The notes below the pieces were generated by a model that worked only from the letters and a program-made list of their open reading frames with translations, did no database searches and was not told the origin of the DNA. A DNA stretch of 64,000 bases from Alloascoidea hylecoeti (lineage: Eukaryota): positions 1,036,613-1,100,612 of the forward strand of contig BCKZ01000001.1 of the NCBI GenBank assembly GCA_001600815.1, in the 5' to 3' direction. This document shows, piece by piece, positions 9,331 through 19,859 of this stretch. The translations under genes were made by a program, and so were the position numbers. The first letter of the stretch is position 1, and each line of letters starts with the position of its first letter.

Positions 9331-11728
9331 TTAAGCTGTTGTGGTACTATCACCAGAAGGTGAGACAGCCCATTTATCATGTTTAGTTAATATTACTTGA
9401 GATTCTTTTTTCTCATCATTATCATTATTACTTCCTTTTCCAGTTTTCCAATCACTTCTAGATCTATAATAACCTCTATTCCTACCACGACCTCGGCCAC
9501 GACCTCTGTTACCTCTTGTTCCAGTAAGAGCACGGGGCCCTTTTGGAACACCATCAAAGTTTTGTTCTAAATTTATTGTTGTAGAAGTTATATTTTCTTT
9601 GGCACGCCACCATGAACTTTTATCTGCTGCTGTTGGTATCGGTTTAACTTGTGATTTTAAATTTTCTAGTGGTTTTTTTAATGGCGATTTGGTAGTAGGC
9701 GGTGGTGGTGGGGTTTGACCATTTAAATTCACTTTGACAACTGGATTGGATGATACATTAAGTAATGAAGAATCTAATGAGGAAGAGGATCCATCTGATG
9801 TTATCACCGTTATTATTGTTTTATCTGTTATTATTGATTCTTGTGATGTTGATGTTAAGACTTTAGTATCTTTATTTTTTTCATTTTCATTTTCATTTTC
9901 ATTTTCATTTTCATTTTCATTTTCATTTTCATTTTCATTTTTATTTTTCATTTTATTTTTATTTTTATTTTTATTTTTATTTTTGTTTATGTTTTTATTT
10001 GTGTTTTCATATTTATTTTCATCTGTGTTTATATTTTTATTTCCATTTTTAAATACCTTTTCATTTGATATTTTATCTTTCTGCTGTTGTTGCTTCTTTA
10101 AAGATGCTTCTTTTTTAGCTTCTTGTTTTTTCTTTAGTTGTAATTGTTTTTGATAAATACGATCTTCAATTTCATTAAATCGATTTAATTCTTCATTTAT
10201 TGATGTTGTTGTCACCAATTTTCTAACCCCTGCTGCTTTTGATGGTATAGGGTTTTTTTGTAGTATTGGAACATTAGAATTAGAAGGAGTTAATTCAGGA
10301 CCAATAACAGAATTATTATTATTAGAAATTATCTTCTCATTTGTAATACTGTTTTCATCACCATTAATATGATTATTTGATATAATTGAAGATCTTCTTG
10401 ATGATTTTGAAACAAATGATAATCTTCTTTCTTCTTCTATCCGTTTTTCCATCTCAAAATATTTTGAAGCAGTATCAACAGGTTTTGCATCACCAAAAGG
10501 ATTGGATTTGATTTTTTTAATCGGTTTAATTGTTTTCTTTTCTTGCATCTTTTCTTCTAAGGATTCCATTATTTTTGCAGTATCAACTGGCTTTGCATCA
10601 CCAAATGGATTTACTTTTGAACTTATGATATGCGTTTCAATATTTGATGATCTTGATGATATCTTAGTTAATGGTGATCCAGAGGATGTAATTGAACCAC
10701 GTCTCCAATTATCAACGGTATCAGCTTCAGATAATTTTCCATCTTCACTAAATCTACTATTTCTTCTTCTTTCTAATCCAGGTTTTGAATTTAGATCAAT
10801 ATGATTCCTTCTTTCATTTTCTTCTCTTGGTAATGGAGGTAAAGGGCCTCTTTTAACCCAATCAAAATCATCATTCCCATCATTTGAACCACCACCACGT
10901 ATATAACCATTTGAGTTTGAAGAAAATCTTGAATCCCTTCTTCTTTGTGGTTGTCGTTGTTCAGCAACGGTAACAAATAAAGTTCTTCTATCTAATTGTA
11001 CATTATCAAATTTTAAAGCTTCAATCAGATCATCTTTTGTTCTAAATTCTATAAAACCGAAACCTTTTAATTGATTATCTCTTGTCGGATCCCTAATTAA
11101 CCTTATATCAATTATTGAATCTTGTGATAGTTGTGATGTAAATAGATCAAATATTTGATCTTCATCAGATGAATATGAAATATTTCCCAATTTTGCTAAA
11201 AATGGAGGATCATTTGGAATACTATCAATATCTATATTCGATGATCTTTCATTTGTATTAAATTCTTGATCATGATTTTGATGATAGGATGGAAAATCAT
11301 GCGGAGTTTGGTATGTGTCATGTAATCTTTCTGTAACTATAGCATAACTTATATATTAATGAAAAGTGTTTATTTAAATAGGTTATACCTAAATAGTGAA
11401 TATTAATACGTACCTGGATGGACTTTTATCGAAGAAATATCAATATCTTCATCGGCCCATGAGCCAGAACCGCCGATAGCTAGTTATACAGATGCCAATT
11501 AGTATTGAGTAATAAAAATGGATATGAAATAACAAGATTCAAATACCTTCGTCGGTGGCAAATTCACTCCATGACATTTTCTTTACTTTAGGTGCTATAA
11601 AATGGATAAAATAGGTTCGTTAGTTGTTAAATTATATGTTTATGTCCTGACGTCAGTGATCATGGTATGCGTAACAAGGAGTTCAAGAAGATGAATTAGT
11701 ACACTTTGGTATATAATTACATACGCAT
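9331..11728 (-). CDS. TIF3: Translation initiation factor eIF4B-like (RRM), 4 exons: 11728-11725, 11594-11547, 11479-11414, 11336-9331 (~707 aa)
   Basis: Spliced N-terminus MPPKVKKMSWSEFATDEAIGGSGSWADED resembles Tif3. RRM with RNP1 KGFGFIEF and two NPFGDAKPVDT repeats. Intron donors GTATGT, GTATTT and GTACGT, with AG acceptors that keep the frame. Confidence 0.82.
9878..9990 (-). repeat. Coding hexanucleotide repeats (KN)n/(EN)n within TIF3
   Basis: (TTTTCA)n and (TTTTTA)n arrays on the + strand. Confidence 0.9.
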
Positions 11729-11929
11729 TTTGGAAAATATGAAATTTATTGTCCAGTGTTGCTATTGTCAAATATGGAAAAGGAAGAAAAAGGAAGAGAG
11801 AAACCTAATTGTAAACATTAAAGGATGACTGGTTGTGTTCATCCAAATATCAATTTACGAGTACAAAACACAATAAATATTAATGCAATAGATAATATAA
11901 TGTAACTAAGATATATAACTAAATCAAAT

Positions 11930-12403
11930 TTAAACGGTATCGTCGTGATACACAAACCGTGAATTCTTGGGATTAGCTGGGGCATGAGCTGTATAAAGAT
12001 CATCATCAGGAGGCCTACTGTTGACGTTATTCCCCATCAACATGGATTGGATCGAAAGAGAAATGGAAGCAACCGTCTGAACAGGAGTCCAACCAGATCC
12101 TAAAACATCGAGACAAATGTGACCATTGCTGTAAATATGAGGATGTGTAGGTATTGGGACTAGGGATCCACTTGTAACAAACTGAACTTCTGGTACTTCA
12201 ACGGGATATTGTGTAGGAAATTTAAATCTTAACCGATAAAACTCATCTTGATAAATTGGATTTGTGTATTGTCCTGTGCTGTCCACCACTTTGATATCCA
12301 CGTAGAAAGCCAACAGTTCTTCTGCTTTGTATAGGGAGATTCCTGGAGGAGGATCCTTTTGCAGAATTTGTAGTTCTCTCATTAGTCTTCTTTTGAACGC
12401 CAT
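11930..12403 (-). CDS. Ubiquitin-conjugating enzyme E2, UBE2W-like
   Basis: Likely start at MAFKRRLMREL (ATG 12403). The active-site motif HPHIYSNGHICLDVL and C-terminal FVYHDDTV are characteristic of UBE2W. Confidence 0.88.
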   Translation of the reverse strand: MAFKRRLMRELQILQKDPPPGISLYKAEELLAFYVDIKVVDSTGQYTNPIYQDEFYRLRFKFPTQYPVEVPEVQFVTSGSLVPIPTHPHIYSNGHICLDVLGSGWTPVQTVASISLSIQSMLMGNNVNSRPPDDDLYTAHAPANPKNSRFVYHDDTV

Positions 12404-12836
12404 TTTTGTCTTGAATAGAATTAATTGGAAAGATGGAGTAAGTTGACCTTTGGGTGTTAAATAACTAACATTAACAATTGAAATTACGACAATCATACCC
12501 CATAATAAGGTATTTTTACAATAGAACCTCTCCTCCATTCATGGTTTTATATCCAATCAACCCCATAGACGGTTAGCAATTGGGGAGTTTTTTTTTTCAC
12601 CTAATCATTTTATTATAAATTATACTTGCTAATCTATAAGAGGATAAAAAGAATCATTGAATAATTTTATATAACAAAGGTTTAAATATTGTGCGGTAAA
12701 ACCAAGACTGATATCATATCTAATATGATCATACTTTATTTGTATCTCTGAATTAATTTACGTTTTAACGAATTTTTTTTTACGAAAGCGGAACCACTGG
12801 GAAGCAAAAATATAAAATAAATATAAAAAAGAAATG

Positions 12837-12923
12837 CTTCCCCGCCAGGGGTCGAACCTGGAATCTTTCGCTTGTGACCAATTTGAATCGTAGGCGAACG
12901 CCTTGCCATTGGGCCACGAGGAA
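12837..12923 (-). tRNA. tRNA-Arg(ACG) with 15-nt intron (12873..12887)
   Basis: TTCCTCG TGGCCCAATGGCAAGGC G TTCGC CT ACG A [TTCAAATTGGTCACA] A GCGAA AGATT CCAGG TTCGACC CCTGG CGGGGAA G. The acceptor stem matches yeast Arg(ACG), and the intron is at the canonical 37/38 position. Confidence 0.92.
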
Positions 12924-12988
12924 CAAGCTTTTTCTGATGGGCCACACAACTTAAACATGTCGAAAGCAGAAATTGCATAAAACCTGTT

Positions 12989-13183
12989 TTCACTTTTAAG
13001 GTGGTCTAGGTACATAAGAAGTGAAGAAAGAAGAGTGTCAAGAATACACAAAAATAAGAAGAATAGAAAGAGAGGTTTTGATTTCACTATATATAGTAGA
13101 GATTTCCTCAGAAGTTACATAGTTTCTAGTTATATAATTTAATTGGAAAATATATGAAAAATTAAAAAAAAAAAAAAAAAAAA
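12989..13183 (+). mobile_element. Short poly(A)-tailed retroposon-like element, copy 2, flanked by 10-bp TSD AAAACCTGTT (12979..12988 and 13184..13193)
   Basis: Homologous to 401..574. It has a terminal A-run of more than 20 nt and direct repeats at both ends, and lies 56-65 bp upstream of tRNA-Arg. Confidence 0.8.
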
Positions 13184-13299
13184 AAAACCTGTTCAGACAG
13201 AAAAGTAGAAAAAAATTCACCTCCAACCAACAAAGACTTCTTTTCCGCCATTTATATATTTTATATATGATTGCAGTACGAGTATTTGAAGTATAGATA

Positions 13300-16200
13300 A
13301 TGTCATCATCAGTTGGATTTAATAACGATCATGATCGTGAATATGGTCACGATCACGATAGCCCAATTTTATCCTCATCGCCTTCCGTTTCTGTCAGTCC
13401 ATTTCACTCCTCACCTGTTCTTTCACCAAGACAATCCGAATCAGATATCGATAAGGCAGTATCACTTTTAACATCAATTGCAAATAATAATAATGATCAA
13501 AATAATACCGATGAAAATGATTCTTCAACTTTTATTCAAACATCGCAATCTCATGTATTACCGGTAGCTGCGGCAGCAACTAATATAATTAGACCAAGGG
13601 ACAACAGACGAAAATCTTTCTCTACGTCATTATCCCCAACACATTCCCGATTTCCTCATTTTCATCCCGATAAAGTTGAAGAAGAAGATGGACCATTCCC
13701 GACAAATTTAAGACCAACTCCAAACGATCACCATCAGATGAGATCTTTTGGAGACGATTCTTATTCTTCTTTAAATTCTTCCTTAAATTATAATATTTAT
13801 GACCATCGTCCCAGTTATCAACATCAGAATAATTCTCAGTCTCATTCTCATTCTCAATCTCACTTTTCTTCTTCTACCCACGGAACTCAACAAAAACGTA
13901 AATCCACTTTTAATACAGATTCAAATACTATGGGTATTAATCTTCCTGTATCCTCTCATGATCGAAGAAAATCTGTCCCTACAGGAAAAATTAATTACAG
14001 AGAAAATTTGACTTCTGCGCCGACAACTAGAGTAAACCAACAACATCATTATTCAACAGTAACTAATAATTTAAATACTAATTCTTCACCACTTACTAAA
14101 GAAGTTAATTATTCTCAAAACATTTCAACTCCTTCATCATCATCTGGGTTAACAAATGTTCCTTCTTATCCCCCGCGCGGGGGTCCGGATAATACAGGAA
14201 AAAATGCCGTTGATGATTGGGTAAATCATGGTACAAAGCGATATCAACCACATTATGTGTCAGGAACAGATGAGAATGATAATGAAGCAATTCTATCTTC
14301 TAATACCAATATCAATAATCAATTTGGGTTTCCGCCAAGAACGAATGATTCACTTTTCATTAACGTTATTGATCCACTTGATAACTCACAACCCCTTAAT
14401 CACAATAGTACTAATAAAACATCAAAAACCAAATCAAAAACTAAATCTTATTTTAAAAGTACTAATAATGATTATTCTTATAATACTGAATCATCATCAG
14501 ATGATATTATAAATCATGGATTTGGAGTCTTTGATAATCGAAGTATAAATTCTCATGGTTCAAGTAGTATTGAAAATATTAATTTAGATTTTCAAGATAA
14601 TGACAATGAATCAATATCTTCTTCGTCAACGTCATCATCAAGTGGATCTTCGTTGGATGATGTTTGCTTTCCCGTTGAAACAACTGAAGATAATAATGGC
14701 GGTATTAATGCTTGGCCAGATTTGGAAGTTTTGAATCAATTTGCTGAAGAAGAAAGATTAGAATTAGAAATGTTATTGAAAAAAAGAGAAAAAGAATTAT
14801 TAATAATGAATAATTTAAATAATCAAAGCAATAATGCAACTGCTTCAACATCACAATTAAGAAATAATTATTTAAGTGGTAGTTTGTCATCATCACATAA
14901 TAGTATTTTTGAAAATGAAGTTGTTAAATTTAAACAACCATTAATTACTCCTAATGCATTAAGAAATCAAAAAAAAGTTAATGAGACTGAAATCATGAAT
15001 AAACCACATCGTTATCTTCCATGGGATAAGCATCATCATAATCATAAAAATACCAACATTAATAATGGTAATGATAATAATCATAATGCTGGTGAGCATA
15101 ATACTAATAATAATCGTCATGCAAGAAGAAGTAATTCAAATATGAAAAAATTTAAAAAACATGATGATATTTCAAAAATTATAAATGGTATACCAGGAGT
15201 TTATGATGAAAAATCTTTCATTCAGTATAGATTTACTTATTTCAGAGAAGATTTAAATTCAACTATTCATTCTCCAACAATTTCTGGTTTATTACAGCCA
15301 GGACAAACTTTTGCAAATTTATTTAGCCCAGAACAATTATTACAACAACAACAGGCACAACAAGCACAACAACCAAATCAACCAAATCAACAAGGTAATG
15401 GACAACCTAATAGAACTCAAATCTCAGTTCCCAATCCATCAATACAACCTCAAACTCCAATATTAAATAATGGTAATAATGATATATCAAATCTTGATCC
15501 ATTGACTAATAATGGAAAAACAACTCCAATTTTAAACAATTCCAATTCCAATTCCAATGGTAATGAAATTGGTGGTTCCCAACATCATTTAACACCAAAA
15601 CAATCTCAATCTCGGCCTCAATCTCGATCTCAATCTCGGCCTCAATCTCAGTCTCAATCTCGACCTCAATCTCAATCAGCATCAATTTCACCTTCATTCA
15701 ATGAAGCTCAAGAATCAATTGATCCAATACCATTTTGGCTTGACGTTTTAAACCCTACAGAAGAAGAAATGAAAACGTTAAGTAAATCATTTGGTATACA
15801 TCCTTTAACAACTGAGGATATTTTTTTAAGAGAAACTAGAGAAAAAGTTGAATTATTTAAAAATTATTACTTTATTTGTTTTAGAAGTTTTGATATATCA
15901 CAAGAACGTAAAAAAAGAGAAAGAAAACAAGCAAAATTAGAAAAGAAATTCCAAGACGAAAAGAAAAGAAGAAGTTTTTTCAATAATAGTTATAATTTTA
16001 ATAATAATAGTAATAATAATAATGGAGTTATTAATGAAACATCAAATTTATTAAATGATGGTGGTTTTAATGGTACATCTTTTGAAAATTCAAATCTTGA
16101 AAATAATGAAAATTTTAATGGTAATTCTGGTAAACCAACATTTAAAAATATTTCAAATATTTTTAGAAGAAGATCAAGTAGATCAAAAAGCTTTTCATCT

Positions 16201-17211
16201 TCATCATCAATGAGATCAAAAAAGACTAAAAAAAGTCAATCAACAAATAAACATCAAAAGAATAAACATAATAGTAGAAGTCGTGATATTGAATTGGAAC
16301 CATTAAATATGTATGTTATTGTCTTTAGAGAGGGGGTTATAACATTTCATTTTGCTCCAACACCTCATCCAATTAATGTTCGAAGAAGAGCAAGATTATT
16401 AAGAGATTATTTAAAAGTTTCATCCGATTGGATCTGTTATGCATTGATTGATGATATAACTGATGGGTTTGCACCAATGATCACATCATTGGAAGATGAA
16501 GTCAATAATATTGAAGATACTATATTAAGATTACACTCAGGGGATGTGTCTGAAAGTGATAGTGACTCAGATTCAAATTATGGAAATGATTATGATAATG
16601 ACACATCATACAGAGATGATAAATCATGTATATCAACCAGATCAAAAACAAGTTTGGGTATATCAAGTACTAAGTCAACATCTTCATCTTCAACCTCATC
16701 ATCAAGAAGTTCAATAATTTGGAAGCGTAAGGGAGATATGTTAAGAAGAATTGGAGAATGTCGTAAACGAGTTTTATCAGTTTTCAAATTACTGAATGGT
16801 AAACCAGATGTTATAAAAAGTTTTGCCAAAAGATGTAATGAGCATTGGGAAGTTGCACCAAGATCAGAGATTGGTATGTATCTTGGGGATATACAAGATC
16901 ACGTTGTTACTATGGTACAAGCATTGAATCATTATGAGAAACTATTGGCAAGGTCACATTCGAACTATCTAGCACAGATTAATATCGACATGACCCGAGT
17001 TAATAACAACTTAAATGATGTGCTTGGTAAAATTTCAATAATGGGATCTATTGTTCTTCCTATGAACATTGTTACAGGATTATGGGGTATGAATGTGTTA
17101 GTGCCCGGACAGGAATCTCCAGGACTCGCTTGGTTTTTCAGCATCACTCTTTCTTTAATATTTGGTGCCATTGGACTTTATTATGTAATAAACAGAGCTT
17201 ATGGATTTTGA
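13300..17211 (+). CDS. ALR1: CorA-family Mg2+ transporter, Alr1-like
   Basis: Motifs RFTYFREDL..TIHSPTISGL, FWLDVLNPTEEEMK, FGIHPLTTEDI..ETREKVELF and GLWGMNV, with two C-terminal transmembrane segments. Confidence 0.93.
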   Translation: MSSSVGFNNDHDREYGHDHDSPILSSSPSVSVSPFHSSPVLSPRQSESDIDKAVSLLTSIANNNNDQNNTDENDSSTFIQTSQSHVLPVAAAATNIIRPRDNRRKSFSTSLSPTHSRFPHFHPDKVEEEDGPFPTNLRPTPNDHHQMRSFGDDSYSSLNSSLNYNIYDHRPSYQHQNNSQSHSHSQSHFSSSTHGTQQKRKSTFNTDSNTMGINLPVSSHDRRKSVPTGKINYRENLTSAPTTRVNQQHHYSTVTNNLNTNSSPLTKEVNYSQNISTPSSSSGLTNVPSYPPRGGPDNTGKNAVDDWVNHGTKRYQPHYVSGTDENDNEAILSSNTNINNQFGFPPRTNDSLFINVIDPLDNSQPLNHNSTNKTSKTKSKTKSYFKSTNNDYSYNTESSSDDIINHGFGVFDNRSINSHGSSSIENINLDFQDNDNESISSSSTSSSSGSSLDDVCFPVETTEDNNGGINAWPDLEVLNQFAEEERLELEMLLKKREKELLIMNNLNNQSNNATASTSQLRNNYLSGSLSSSHNSIFENEVVKFKQPLITPNALRNQKKVNETEIMNKPHRYLPWDKHHHNHKNTNINNGNDNNHNAGEHNTNNNRHARRSNSNMKKFKKHDDISKIINGIPGVYDEKSFIQYRFTYFREDLNSTIHSPTISGLLQPGQTFANLFSPEQLLQQQQAQQAQQPNQPNQQGNGQPNRTQISVPNPSIQPQTPILNNGNNDISNLDPLTNNGKTTPILNNSNSNSNGNEIGGSQHHLTPKQSQSRPQSRSQSRPQSQSQSRPQSQSASISPSFNEAQESIDPIPFWLDVLNPTEEEMKTLSKSFGIHPLTTEDIFLRETREKVELFKNYYFICFRSFDISQERKKRERKQAKLEKKFQDEKKRRSFFNNSYNFNNNSNNNNGVINETSNLLNDGGFNGTSFENSNLENNENFNGNSGKPTFKNISNIFRRRSSRSKSFSSSSSMRSKKTKKSQSTNKHQKNKHNSRSRDIELEPLNMYVIVFREGVITFHFAPTPHPINVRRRARLLRDYLKVSSDWICYALIDDITDGFAPMITSLEDEVNNIEDTILRLHSGDVSESDSDSDSNYGNDYDNDTSYRDDKSCISTRSKTSLGISSTKSTSSSSTSSSRSSIIWKRKGDMLRRIGECRKRVLSVFKLLNGKPDVIKSFAKRCNEHWEVAPRSEIGMYLGDIQDHVVTMVQALNHYEKLLARSHSNYLAQINIDMTRVNNNLNDVLGKISIMGSIVLPMNIVTGLWGMNVLVPGQESPGLAWFFSITLSLIFGAIGLYYVINRAYGF

Positions 17212-17254
17212 TAGGCGTTAGATAATACGTATATAATTATATATAATATAAATG

Positions 17255-17620
17255 TTAATATTGTTGCCAATAGCCGTGACGGAATTTGTCGGGTGCGATT
17301 GAGGTCCAACGGCGATTGTTTCTCGATTGTTTCTTGATCTGCGACCGATTTGCGAAAATTGTGGGGTTCCGGGGTCCATTTTCCGGGTCTCGTGGTTGAT
17401 CTTCTGATGGTTCTTCCGATAATACCCGGTGGGTTGCACGGGTACAGGAGACCACAGATTGTAGCAGATAAACGTTGGCACCAGCAGATGGAGGAGGCCC
17501 CCAGTGGTTACCACTGGTCACCAGCAACTCTAACGGTTCCTTGTTCGGCTTCCTTTTTCTCGCAATCATGAAATTCCACATCACCTGACGGAACCGACTG
17601 CCATCGAGGCATATAAATAT
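17255..17620 (+). promoter_or_regulatory. GC-rich GAPDH promoter with TATA box (TATAAATA 17612..17619)
   Basis: GC-rich tract with many CGG/CCG triplets and an E-box-like TCACCTGA (17581). The TATA box is ~100 bp upstream of the ATG and is followed by a pyrimidine tract. Confidence 0.6.
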
Positions 17621-17680
17621 GACTCAATTCCTCTCTTTTCTTCCCTTTTCCTCTTTCTTTATCAACTCAATTGCAATTGA

Positions 17681-18727
<1,047 letters not shown>

Positions 18728-19859
18728 ATATATATTAATTATATATATATATATAAGTTTATTTATTTATTTACTTTATTGAAAAAAATGTGATTGTAAG
18801 ATCAGTTATAATAAAATGATTTTTTTTTTTCAGAAATCTGTCGTACAAATCTGCTATAAATGCTATATTAGTGTAGTTTTTTTTTCCAATTAAAATTTAA
18901 CGTTAGAAATTGCCATTGGCCATATATCCAGTTACCAGTCATGAATGGCTCGATTTGCAAAAAAAATACAAATCTAGCAAATAGTAGATGTAACCTTATA
19001 CTGTCGACTCAGTGTCGAGCCACTACTAGTGTGCTGTGCTCACTGTGAAGGCAAATGTCCACTATCAATCAACGGGCTCGTGCACCAAATAAGCCTAGCT
19101 ATTAATGATGATTTCTTAAGCTTTGTTTATTTGCAATTGTCTATGCTTACCATAAGAAGGCAGCTCAAACAAAACAGCAGCTCAAACAAAACAACTCAGT
19201 CAATACTTATAAATTATTACTAGTACTTGTTATTCTATTCCAAAACTAGAATTTATAAAAATGATTTTTATTGGCTGTATAAATTCAAGTTTGAGTTGCT
19301 TTTATTGACACAATAAGATCATAAATGGAGTTAGCCTCATCTCGTTCAAGCTTCGAATTCTAGCTCCAAGCCTAGAACTCACCTTAGCCTCGGCTCACAA
19401 AGATGAGTTTACTATATAGAATCCCGTGTACTACCAAACCTTATTTCATTCTACATTATTCTAGTAATCACAATTATCACAATTAATATTAATGGTATTT
19501 AACTGAATAGTCTAATAAACAAGATGATGCAAGGTATAAAAATAGAAGAAGTAAATTAGAAAGCTTAACGTTAAAAAAAGTTTTTAATTTTAGTTTAGGA
19601 TTGCAAAACTCAAGGGTCCATTCCAATCCTTCATCCAAAGAGATTAAAATTTAAAGATAAACAAACAAAAAAGATACAACTTCAAGGGTGAAAAAATAGT
19701 AAAATAATAACGTAATGGTAATGTGAAAGAGATTTCATTTCATGAATCATTAAATCATATCATATAACATGTCATAAACAATATTACATGGTCATCCATA
19801 ACAATAGCAAAAAAAGCTAAAAAAAAATGAATATGATAACCAACAAGGAATCAGTTGAT

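Noticed and set aside
9734..10804. Antisense ORFs of 139 and 100 aa
   Set aside because: Shadows of the low-complexity TIF3 coding strand.
12736..13226. Short minus-strand ORFs of 85, 109 and 62 aa
   Set aside because: They overlap the tRNA-Arg gene and the poly(A) repeat and show no protein features.
17218..17584. Three overlapping ORFs upstream of GAPDH
   Set aside because: By-product of stop-poor, GC-rich promoter DNA, with no recognisable motifs.
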